Origin: Clostridiales bacterium
Lineage (GTDB): Bacteria > Bacillota > Clostridia > Oscillospirales > Acutalibacteraceae
Direction: 5' to 3'
DNA length: 64,000 nucleotides
Assembly: GCA_019416455.1 (NCBI GenBank)
Contig: DXXG01000025.1
Span: 11 to 64,010, forward strand
The first letter of the stretch is position 1; each line of letters starts with the position of its first letter. The translations under genes and the position numbers were made by a program. The notes beneath the pieces were generated by a model. That model made no database searches, was not told where the DNA came from, and saw only the letters and a list, made by a program, of their open reading frames with translations. Below, piece after piece: positions 9,434-21,566 of the stretch.

Positions 9434-9485
9434 AAGGTCATCTTCCTTCCTCCAAAGCGAAGGAGATGACCTTCTTCTTTTTCTG
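9434..9485 (+). terminator. rho-independent terminator after the second integrase
   Basis: About 15-bp stem AAGGTCATCT(T)CCTTC/GAAGGAGATGACCTT followed by a T-rich run. Confidence 0.7.
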
Positions 9486-9666
9486 CTTTGCGTACCGCAA
9501 GATGAAAGTTTCTGATCCACCATGTTAGAAAAAGTTTATCTTAATAATTTTCTTATTTCCATCGCTAGTAAAACAGAAACAGGGATAATTCCAGGGGGTA
9601 AACTCAAAGGAGCAAAGAAAAAACTCACTAAAACCTCCTATCAAGATTCCAGTGAGCTTTTACTCT

Positions 9667-10005
9667 TTAGGGTTTTATTTGTTTTGAATGTTTGATCATA
9701 GTGTCGATAACATCGTAAATCTGAGAACGATCCTCAGCAGATAGTTTGTCGAGCTTATGAGCCAGAAGCGAATCTTTTACCACATATCCATGATCAAGGA
9801 CATCTACCAGGATCATATCTGCTGAAACGCCAAGAGCGTTGATGATAGCAATCAATGATTCCAAAGAAGGTGTTTTTTCACCGCGCTCTATCGCACCCAC
9901 ATAGTTAATGCTTAGGTCGGCTTTCTCCGCAAGGTCTTCTTGACGAAGCTTCTTCATCAGGCGATATTTACGGATGTTTTTGCCGATGGATTCAAGCCCC
10001 ATCAC
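9667..10005 (-). CDS. XRE-family HTH transcriptional regulator
   Basis: IRKYRLMKKLRQEDLAEKADLSINYVGAIERGEKTPSLESL. Confidence 0.9.
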   Translation of the reverse strand: MMGLESIGKNIRKYRLMKKLRQEDLAEKADLSINYVGAIERGEKTPSLESLIAIINALGVSADMILVDVLDHGYVVKDSLLAHKLDKLSAEDRSQIYDVIDTMIKHSKQIKP

Positions 10006-10082
10006 AACACCTCCTATCAGCGTTTATTACACACCCATAGTATAGGTGGTACATCTATCTTGATACACATTCTATAAGGTAG

Positions 10083-10107
10083 TAATCAACGCTATTAGAG
10101 TTGATTA
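10083..10107. promoter_or_regulatory. palindromic candidate operator between the divergent XRE and SLOG genes
   Basis: TAATCAAC-N9-GTTGATTA (8-bp arms). Confidence 0.4.
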
Positions 10108-10155
10108 GTTCGTAAGGATATGCTATTCTTGTATCTCAAAGAGGTGTACCGGGGA

Positions 10156-10609
10156 ATGGGTAAAGAAACAACTGCGACCTTCATCGGTCATAAAGAATGT
10201 TTCGGTGTTCGCGTTGAGGCAGTCAGGAAACAAATTGTAAAGTTAATTGGTTTCGGAGTCACTGACTTCTTAAACGGTGGTATGGGCGAATTTGATTGGA
10301 TGTGTGCGAAGCTTGTCTGCGAGCTGAAAACGAGTTATCCGCAGATAAAGAACTACCTTGTCCTCCCATACCTCACATTCAACATCTCAGAAACAAAATA
10401 CTTTGACTCCATTATCTACCCAGAAGGCTTTGAAATATCACTTTAAGGCAGCAATTCCTGCAAGGAACCGATACCTGGTTGATCACTCTTCTTACGCAAT
10501 TTGTTACGTAACACACGACTGGGGAGGCGCTGCAACAACACTGAAACGTGCTGAGAAGAAAGAGCTTACCATCATCAATTTAGGGGATAATCAAGATAGA
10601 AGAAATTAA
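10156..10609 (+). pseudogene. SLOG/DUF1273-family gene with a frameshift near 10430-10445
   Basis: Frame A reads MGKETTATFIGHKECFG...GGMGEFDWMCA...YPEGFEISL*. Frame B continues HFKAAIPARNRYLVDHSSYAICYVTHDWGGAATTLKRAEKKELTIINLG. Joined, the two give a full-length family member. Confidence 0.7.
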
Positions 10610-10672
10610 TAAGTAAGAAGTGGGATATACGGATCGTACAATCCTCATCTGGCAAAAAAGTCTTTTATTTGC

Positions 10673-10701
10673 TTGAAAAAAAGTCTTTTTATATATAATA
10701 T
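10673..10701 (+). promoter_or_regulatory. putative cas3 promoter (TTGAAA-17 nt-TAATAT), overlapping the second of two AAAAAAGTCTTTT direct repeats
   Basis: Hexamers read by eye. The repeats lie at 10654-10667 and 10676-10691. Confidence 0.35.
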
Positions 10702-10749
10702 ATAATTAATTTAAGCAAATATGACCATTCAAAAACGGAGGTGAAGTAG

Positions 10750-15069
<4,320 letters not shown>

Positions 15070-15073
<4 letters not shown>

Positions 15074-15666
15074 TTGCAAAGCAAGTGGCCGGATTGGTAG
15101 AACGCCGCATCTGGCAAATACAGGGTATGCCGGAACATCCCCGCAGGGCAGCCTTAGCCAATCTCCGGCGTGGTATAGGACGTACACCCGGAGAACTGCC
15201 GGAACTTTGGGGGAGTTTTCTCCAAGAAATGCCCCCAGAGTTTTTCAGCCACAATGGCAACGCCACCGCAGCTGAGTGGGCTGTCTATTTGGCGCTGACC
15301 CTTTTCGCATTACATCAGCAAAGCCAAGAGAAATCCATGTGGGCAGACGGTGTGGGAATTGGGCAAGCGGTGCGCCAGCTGTCAAACAAGCAGAAGGAAG
15401 ATCCCCAGGAAAGCGGCGCCTTTAAGCGCTTCAGCGCACTGATTACGGCTGACAATATAGAGGAGGTTTCCCATCATCTTCGGGGATTGATCCAACTCTT
15501 AAGGAGAGAAGGTCTGCCGTTAGACTATCCCCAATTGGCCTTTGATTTATTTGAATTGCAATTTCCAGATAGTGCCCCCCGAGTAAAACTGCGGTGGGGA
15601 CAGGACTACTTCTATCAACCCAACGAAACCCAGGATGAACAAGAAAAGGAGGATTCCCATGAATAA
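15070..15666 (+). CDS. cse2: Cse2/CasB (Cas11), Cascade small subunit
   Basis: About 198 aa. ATG overlaps the cas8e stop (ATGA) and sits behind AAAAGGAGGG. Position is canonical. Confidence 0.85.
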
Positions 15667-16732
15667 GCGTCTCTATGTAGATCTCCATGTATTGCAGACT
15701 GTCCCCCCCAGCTGTGTGAATCGTGATGACACAGGCAGCCCCAAAACTGCCATGTACGGTGGAGTCCGAAGAGCACGTGTTTCCTCCCAGGCCTGGAAAC
15801 ACGCTATGAGAAACATGTTTCGTGAGGAACTGTTAAGTGCAGAACAGATGGGAGAACGCACAAAAAAAGTTCTACAGATTCTCACCGAGGAAATTGAACA
15901 GATCGCTCCCGATCAAGATGGGGAAAAGCTTGCAAAAAAGGCTATGGAATACGCAGGCCTGACTCTTTCAAAAAAGAACCCCAATGATCTGGATGCACTG
16001 TTCTTTCTCAGTCATTTCCAGGCCAAAGCATTGGCACAACTGATTGTGGAAGGTTTTTCCGACAAAAAAGCTTATCATGAAGCACTGGATTCTGCCCCTT
16101 CCATTGACATGGCGCTGTTTGGGCGTATGGTAGCGAGTGATCCTTCGCTGAACTATGACGCTTCGGCCCAAGTTGCCCACAGCATCTCTACGCACCGAGT
16201 ACAGAATGAATATGACTATTTCACCGCTGTGGATGACTGCGCTCCAGAAGATAATGCTGGCGCTGGCCACCTGGGTACTGTGGAATACAATTCTTCCACG
16301 TTGTACCGCTATGCCACAGTGAATGTGTTGGAACTGGCAAGCTATCTGGGAAAAGAAGATGCGATCAAAGCGGTAGAGGTATTTACAGAAGCTTTCATTC
16401 GTTCTATGCCAACAGGCAAACAAAACACCTTTGCCAATCGCACCTTGCCAGATGTTGTCTATGTAACGGTGCGGGATGACCAACCTGTCAACTTGTGTGG
16501 GGCGTTTGAGCAAGCGGTACCCTCTACTGCCAGCGGGTATGTAGATCCCTCCAAGCAGCGGCTTGTTTCCTATGCGGAGCAGGTGTATTCCGATTTTACC
16601 GGGGAACCTTCTACCGCTTTTACTGTAGGCAAGGGATTGGAGGACCTGGCTGCTTCCATGCCTTTGCAGGCTATGTTGGCCGAGCTGTCCAAGGCGGTGT
16701 CCCAGCAACTGGGTGAATCCGAGGTGTCCTAA
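15659..16732 (+). CDS. cas7: Cas7e/CasC
   Basis: MNKRLYVDLHVLQTVPPSCVNRDDTGSPK is a typical Cas7e N-terminus. Confidence 0.95.
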   Translation: MNKRLYVDLHVLQTVPPSCVNRDDTGSPKTAMYGGVRRARVSSQAWKHAMRNMFREELLSAEQMGERTKKVLQILTEEIEQIAPDQDGEKLAKKAMEYAGLTLSKKNPNDLDALFFLSHFQAKALAQLIVEGFSDKKAYHEALDSAPSIDMALFGRMVASDPSLNYDASAQVAHSISTHRVQNEYDYFTAVDDCAPEDNAGAGHLGTVEYNSSTLYRYATVNVLELASYLGKEDAIKAVEVFTEAFIRSMPTGKQNTFANRTLPDVVYVTVRDDQPVNLCGAFEQAVPSTASGYVDPSKQRLVSYAEQVYSDFTGEPSTAFTVGKGLEDLAASMPLQAMLAELSKAVSQQLGESEVS

Positions 16733-17427
16733 TGGCTACCTTATTGTTACGATTGGCTGCACCTTTGCAGTCCTGGGGCATGGACTCCAAATTTGAAACC
16801 AGAAAAACCAACCGGGAACCCACCAAAAGCGGCGTGGTAGGACTCTTGGCAGCTGCCTTGGGAATTGTGCGGGAGGAACCAGAAAAGCTAATCCCGTTAA
16901 ATCAACTGCGCTTTGGAGTACGGGTGGATCAAGAAGGGGAATTCCTGGTGGACTATCATGTCGCTCGAAAAGAGGAAAAAACACGTAAGGCAGAGAATGT
17001 AAAAATAACGCCTTACATTACGTATCGTCACTACCTGTCGGATGCTATTTTTCTGGTAGGGCTGGAAAGTCAGGACGACGTTTTTTTGCAGGAGATCGTC
17101 CAGGCTCTTCATCACCCCGTGTTCCCGCTGTTTTTGGGACGCCGTTCCTGTCCCCCCACCATGCCCTTGTGCTTGGGAATTCGGCAGAAAGATCTGAAAA
17201 CCGCCCTAACAGAGGAGCCCCTATTGGTGTCAGCGTGGCGAAAGCTAGACCCTGCTGCGAGACGAATGATACTGGATGCCACCCCCGGAGAACCAGGTGT
17301 GGTTCCTCAGCGGGACCTCCCATTGTCTTTCAGCCAGACCCACCGACAGTTTGGGTATCGATTAGCGCGGGAGGACAAGGCAACAGGACTGCTCTCCACA
17401 GAGCATGATGCTTTTGCGGAACTGTGA
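16732..17427 (+). CDS. cas5: Cas5e/CasD
   Basis: MATLLLRLAAPLQSWG...; start overlaps the cas7 stop (TAATG). Confidence 0.95.
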   Translation: MATLLLRLAAPLQSWGMDSKFETRKTNREPTKSGVVGLLAAALGIVREEPEKLIPLNQLRFGVRVDQEGEFLVDYHVARKEEKTRKAENVKITPYITYRHYLSDAIFLVGLESQDDVFLQEIVQALHHPVFPLFLGRRSCPPTMPLCLGIRQKDLKTALTEEPLLVSAWRKLDPAARRMILDATPGEPGVVPQRDLPLSFSQTHRQFGYRLAREDKATGLLSTEHDAFAEL

Positions 17428-17436
17428 GGTGATTCC

Positions 17437-18075
17437 ATGTATTTATCAAGAGTTTCCTTGGATCCTCACAAGAGAACCACTATGATTGCCCTGGCAAATC
17501 CTCAGCAGTTTCATGGAGCCGTGGAACAGGCATTTCCTGGAGAACGCCGTCGCCGGTTGTGGCGACTGGACCCACTGGGAGAAAAACTGTATTTGATGAT
17601 TCTCAGCGAGGATGTGCCAGATTTGTCAGGTATCGAGGATCAGTTCGGGTCAGGGGAACCGGGAGAAACAAAATCATATGATCCCCTGTTGGAAAGGATT
17701 CTACCGGGCAGTGTTTGGCACTTCCGACTGGCAGCCAATCCCACTACCAGTAAAGTGTCTTCTTCAGGCTCTTTGGAAAGGGGCAAAGTACAGGCCCATG
17801 TCACTCCGGAATTTCAGGAAAAGTGGCTGCAGACACGGGCAGAAAAGCACGGATTCTGCTTGAAAAGCTTACAGGTGACAGGGTCCCGGTGGCTGCGGTT
17901 CCGAAAAGGGCATCATGGAAGGCCAGTCACATTGCTTTCTGTTGTGTATGAGGGCATACTAGAGGTGACAGAGCCGGATCTCTTCCGACAGGTTCTGAGA
18001 GAGGGAATGGGTCGTGGAAAAGCCTATGGGCAAGGCCTTCTATCGGTGATGAAGGGAGGAACCAGCCATGGCTGA
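17437..18075 (+). CDS. cas6e: Cas6e/CasE crRNA endoribonuclease
   Basis: MYLSRVSLDPHKR...LWRLD... Confidence 0.95.
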   Translation: MYLSRVSLDPHKRTTMIALANPQQFHGAVEQAFPGERRRRLWRLDPLGEKLYLMILSEDVPDLSGIEDQFGSGEPGETKSYDPLLERILPGSVWHFRLAANPTTSKVSSSGSLERGKVQAHVTPEFQEKWLQTRAEKHGFCLKSLQVTGSRWLRFRKGHHGRPVTLLSVVYEGILEVTEPDLFRQVLREGMGRGKAYGQGLLSVMKGGTSHG

Positions 18076-18994
18076 GATCCCTGGTATCATTCGTCCAGAG
18101 CTTCAGGCGTTGCCACAAGTCAAGGACCGAATGACCTTCCTGTATTTAGAACACTGTACCTTAGGCAGGCAGGATGGAGCGATCACTGTGACAGACGAAA
18201 AGGGGATTGTGCATATTCCTGCCGCTGCCATCACGGTATTACTTCTAGGACCTGGCACTCGTGTGACCCACCGTGCTATGGAACTTATGGGTGATACAGG
18301 TGTTGGTGTAGTATGGGTGGGAGAGCATGGAGTGAGGTATTACGCCCACGGTCGTCCTCTTACTACCAGAGCAGGATTACTCCAGCGCCAGGCTGAATTA
18401 GTGAGCAACACAAGAAAACATTTAAGCGTAGTGCGAAAGATGTACCAGCTGCGGTTCCCAGATGAGGATGTTACTGGGCTAACGATGCAGCAGCTGCGAG
18501 GCCGAGAGGGAAGTCGAGTACGCAGAGCCTATCGGGCAGCTTCTCAAAAGACAGGTGTCCCTTGGAATGGGCGGGAGTATCAGCCGGAGGATTTTTCCGC
18601 CAGTGACAAAGTAAACCAAGCCCTATCTGCCGGCCATGCCTGCCTCTACGGGTTGGCCTATGCTGTCATTGTTTCTCTAGGTTGTTCCCCCGGGCTTGGG
18701 TTCGTCCATGTGGGGCATGAACGCTCGTTTGTCTACGATATTGCGGATCTTTATAAAGCGGAAATCACAATCCCCATTGCTTTTGAGGTTGCGGCAGAAG
18801 ATCCAGAAGATCTACCTTCTGTTGTCAGACGGAGAGTTCGGGACGTGATGGTATCTCAGCATATTTTAGAGCGTATGGTCCATGATATTCGCTTCTTACT
18901 GCTCCCGGAAGAGGAGAGGGACACCACTGAAGATGCTGTCTATCTTTGGGACAACCAACGAGGAACCGTAGAAAATGGAATCAACTATTCTTAA
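18068..18994 (+). CDS. cas1: Cas1e integrase
   Basis: 308 aa. ...FLYLEHCTLGRQDGAITV...GFVHVGHERSFVYDIADLYK. Confidence 0.95.
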   Translation: MAEIPGIIRPELQALPQVKDRMTFLYLEHCTLGRQDGAITVTDEKGIVHIPAAAITVLLLGPGTRVTHRAMELMGDTGVGVVWVGEHGVRYYAHGRPLTTRAGLLQRQAELVSNTRKHLSVVRKMYQLRFPDEDVTGLTMQQLRGREGSRVRRAYRAASQKTGVPWNGREYQPEDFSASDKVNQALSAGHACLYGLAYAVIVSLGCSPGLGFVHVGHERSFVYDIADLYKAEITIPIAFEVAAEDPEDLPSVVRRRVRDVMVSQHILERMVHDIRFLLLPEEERDTTEDAVYLWDNQRGTVENGINYS

Positions 18995-19030
18995 AGAAAA
19001 GGAGGGGAACACACTATCGTTGTTATTACA

Positions 19031-19900
19031 ATGACAGATTGCCCTCCCAAACTGCGAGGAGATCTGTCCAAATGGCTGCAAGAGGTGAATACCGGTGTGT
19101 ATGTGGGCAACGTCAATTCACGGGTAAGGGAAGCAATTTGGGAGAGAGTCTGCGAGAATCTGAAAAATGGTCGTGCTACCATGGTTTTCTCTGCGAACAA
19201 TGAGCAGCGAATGGATTTTCGAGTGCACAACACCTCTTGGGAACCAGTGGATTATGAAGGTATCCAGCTGATTCGCCGTCCACTTCCTTCTTCTTCAGTG
19301 GGTGAAGAAACGTTAAAACCAGGTTTTAGTAAAGCCGCAAAACACCAGATGGTAAACCGTAAACGCCGAGCTTCCGAAAAGGGGGAGCAATCCTTTGTGA
19401 TCATTGACCTGGAAACAACAGGGCTCTCTCCCGTACAAGATAAGATTTTGGAGTTCGGTGCTATTCGGGTAAGAGAAAACCAAAAGATAGATATGTTTTC
19501 CAGGTTGATTCGCCAAGAGAAGGGTGTTCCCCAAATGATCACAGCACTTACCGGCATTAACAATGCTTTGGTGGAGCAGGAAGGACAACCTTTGGAAGAG
19601 GTATTAACAGACTTTTTGGAATTTGTGGGTGAGAATCCAATTGTTGGGTATAACCTGACTTTTGATATGAGATTTGTACAAGAAGCATGTCGAACCTGTG
19701 GAATTCATCCTCCTACAAATCACTGTGTAGACTTGTTGAACCTGGCTCGAAGGAAAGTGTTTGATGTTCCAGACTTTAAGTTAACCACACTGGCAACTCG
19801 GTTTTCACTGGATGTTTCAGTTCCTCATAGAGCATTGAACGATTGTCAAATTCTTTTTTCTCTCTATGAGAAACTAAATGAAAATGAATCTTTCACCTGA
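19031..19900 (+). CDS. cas2: Cas2e fused to a DnaQ-like DEDDh 3'-5' exonuclease
   Basis: N-terminal part PPKLRGDLSKWLQEVNTGVYVGNVNSRVRE (Cas2e). C-terminal part FVIIDLETTGL...YNLTFDMRF...HRALNDC (Exo I/II/III). The true start may lie upstream at a non-ATG codon (see findings). Confidence 0.9.
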   Translation: MTDCPPKLRGDLSKWLQEVNTGVYVGNVNSRVREAIWERVCENLKNGRATMVFSANNEQRMDFRVHNTSWEPVDYEGIQLIRRPLPSSSVGEETLKPGFSKAAKHQMVNRKRRASEKGEQSFVIIDLETTGLSPVQDKILEFGAIRVRENQKIDMFSRLIRQEKGVPQMITALTGINNALVEQEGQPLEEVLTDFLEFVGENPIVGYNLTFDMRFVQEACRTCGIHPPTNHCVDLLNLARRKVFDVPDFKLTTLATRFSLDVSVPHRALNDCQILFSLYEKLNENESFT

Positions 19901-19932
19901 AAATAATGGCTTAAAATGGGGATCCGTTTAGT

Positions 19933-20204
19933 CTTTTCCCCGCATGCGCGGGGGTGATCCCCATTGGGAATGCTGTTCTTTGCAAAACGATTGCTTTTCC
20001 CCGCATGCGCGGGGGTGATCCTTGTGCTTTCAGATATCCCGGTTTTCCAAGACACTTTTCCCCGCGCAGGCGGGGATGATCCCAATGGCAATCACTATTT
20101 CTGGAGTACGTTTTTCTTTTCCCCGCGCAGGCGGGGGTGATCCTTCCACCGGCGCTCCGTTTTCCTGCACAGTAATCTTTTCTCTGCATGCGCAGGGGCG
20201 ACTT
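19933..20204 (+). CRISPR. type I-E CRISPR array: five 28-nt repeats, four 33-nt spacers, period 61
   Basis: Repeats start at 19933, 19994, 20055, 20116 and 20177 (the last is degenerate). Consensus CTTTTCCCCGC-NNNN-GCGGGGGTGATCC, same orientation as E. coli-type I-E repeats. Confidence 0.95.
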
Positions 20205-20254
20205 TGTTACGTACAGAATGTTTTATGTCAGATTTCTTTCTCAAAAAGCAAACG

Positions 20255-20285
20255 AAAAGCCAGGATCAAACGATCCTGGCTTTTC
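20255..20285. terminator. bidirectional hairpin terminator between the array and tRNA-Arg
   Basis: GCCAGGATC-AAAC-GATCCTGGC, flanked by AAAA and TTTT. Confidence 0.75.
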
Positions 20286-20362
20286 TGGTGCGCACGACTG
20301 GATTCGAACCAGCGGCCTACAGAGTCGGAGTCTGTCACTCTATCCAGCTGAGCTACGTGCGC
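20286..20362 (-). tRNA. tRNA-Arg (anticodon CCG), CCA encoded
   Basis: Cloverleaf folded by hand: acceptor stem GCGCACG/CGTGCGC, anticodon loop CU-CCG-AC, T-loop TTCGAAT. Confidence 0.9.
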
Positions 20363-20398
20363 GAATATATATGAGAACCGCAGAAGCGGAAGTCAACC

Positions 20399-20428
20399 TT
20401 TTGAAAAATAGTAGTCAAACAGTAGTCA
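20399..20428 (+). repeat. right copy of the 31-nt direct repeat
   Basis: TTTTGAAAAATAGTAGTCAAACAGTAGTCA; matches 242-272. Confidence 0.9.
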
Positions 20429-20505
20429 ACGGCAGGATTTTTTCTCTCTGCCGAACCCGCAAAGCCCGATAAATACTGGCTTTTTCGGAATGTCTCAACT
20501 GAATC

Positions 20506-20555
20506 GGCCTGAACCGTCGGAGTCTGTCACTCTATCCAGCTGAGCTACGAGCGCA
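20506..20555 (-). pseudogene. partial tRNA-Arg copy (5' half only)
   Basis: 20517-20595 repeats 20324-20402 at 76 of 79 nt (tRNA positions 1 to about 39 plus the upstream promoter region). The 3' half is missing or degenerate. Confidence 0.8.
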
Positions 20556-20676
20556 AATATATATGAGAACCGCAGAAGCGGTAGTCAACCTTTTTTAAAT
20601 CTTCCAGAAGTCAGCTCACAGTATAGCTTGACTCTGGTGCGAAAAGAAGAGAATCTTGTCGAAGAGAAAACTTTTC

Positions 20677-21096
20677 TCATTCGCAACGGCCATTTTCCAA
20701 CTGCCGCCGTACCCAATCCACGATATCTTCCGCAGTGATGCTTTGAGATGCCCGGAGAAGAGCAATCAGCTTTTTTTCATCGGGGGATAGTTCTCCAATA
20801 GTACTGGGATCCGGGAAAGGCTTTTTGGGGCATCTCTCACGATCCGTCAGAATCACCGGAGCACCGTTTTCCTCTTCCTCTTCAAAGAAGAACTCAATGG
20901 GGGCGCCGCAGATGCGGGCAATCTTCCCCAGTGTTGTTGGATCCGGAGAGGTTTTACCCGTTTCATAATAAGTATACGTGGCACGGTTCATGTTCAAAGC
21001 ATCGGCAATGTTTTGCTGGGAATAGCCCGCCTTTAACCGGGCCTGACGCAAACGGTCCGCCAAAAAACTATTGGTTCCGCCGAAACTTTTCGCCAT
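20677..21096 (-). CDS. XRE-family HTH regulator with a C-terminal extension
   Basis: LRQARLKAGYSQQNIADALNMNRATYTYYETGKTSPD. Confidence 0.9.
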   Translation of the reverse strand: MAKSFGGTNSFLADRLRQARLKAGYSQQNIADALNMNRATYTYYETGKTSPDPTTLGKIARICGAPIEFFFEEEEENGAPVILTDRERCPKKPFPDPSTIGELSPDEKKLIALLRASQSITAEDIVDWVRRQLENGRCE

Positions 21097-21336
21097 GAAA
21101 AACTCCCATTCTCCTTTTTGTGTACCTGCCTATAAAGCTGAATGAAACATCACCGTTTAGCTTATCCCATTCTCTGGCACACAACCACGAAAAAAGGAGC
21201 ACTTTTTCAAGTGCGATATGTATTATATAATAACTTCGACAAAAAAGCTAGCGATTCGACACAATTTGCGATGTATAGTGAAGTATGTTCACAAGAGGCT
21301 GTTGCGATACGTCGGAAAGTTTTTTCTGTCTCCGCA

Positions 21337-21365
21337 TTGACTTTTTTACTTTCGAGCGCTATAAT
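21337..21365 (+). promoter_or_regulatory. near-consensus sigma-70-type promoter of tRNA-Gly
   Basis: TTGACT-17 nt-TATAAT, ending about 20 nt before the tRNA 5' end. Confidence 0.7.
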
Positions 21366-21385
21366 ATCTAAGCACTGGAAAATAC

Positions 21386-21459
21386 GCGGGCGTAGTTCAG
21401 TGGTAGAACATCAGCTTCCCAAGCTGAATATGAGGGTTCGATTCCCTTCGCCCGCTCCA
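21386..21459 (+). tRNA. tRNA-Gly (anticodon CCC), CCA encoded
   Basis: Hand-folded: acceptor stem GCGGGCG/CGCCCGC, anticodon loop UU-CCC-AA, T-loop TTCGATT. Confidence 0.9.
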
Positions 21460-21460
21460 A

Positions 21461-21488
21461 ATCCCCAGGTTTTCCTGGGGATTTTTTT
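21461..21488 (+). terminator. terminator after tRNA-Gly
   Basis: ATCCCCAGG-TTTT-CCTGGGGAT followed by T6. Confidence 0.85.
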
Positions 21489-21566
21489 GCGTTGGCGGAA
21501 GCCCGCATTCTACCTGGCTTTTTCATGGGTCTCAAAATTTCTGTTAGTCTCATTTGGACTAATTTC

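Noticed and set aside
7292-9523. 260-aa and 314-aa antisense ORFs across the two integrase genes
   Set aside because: Shadow ORFs of GC-rich genes, with no RBS and His/Gly/Leu/Gln-rich composition.
15968-16708. 246-aa antisense ORF in cas7
   Set aside because: The sense strand is unmistakably Cas7e. The antisense translation is low-complexity.
19961-20176. Possible self-targeting of the four spacers against the integrated elements in this window
   Set aside because: I found no match by eye, but this was not a real search. It needs a BLASTN-short run against the genome and cannot be claimed either way.
19864-20351. ORFs 19864-20091(-), 19911-20189(-) and 20022-20351(+), with repetitive PAxAGK / RAGG-type peptides
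   Set aside because: They are translations of the CRISPR repeats and of tRNA-Arg. The periodic peptide motifs simply mirror the 61-nt repeat period.
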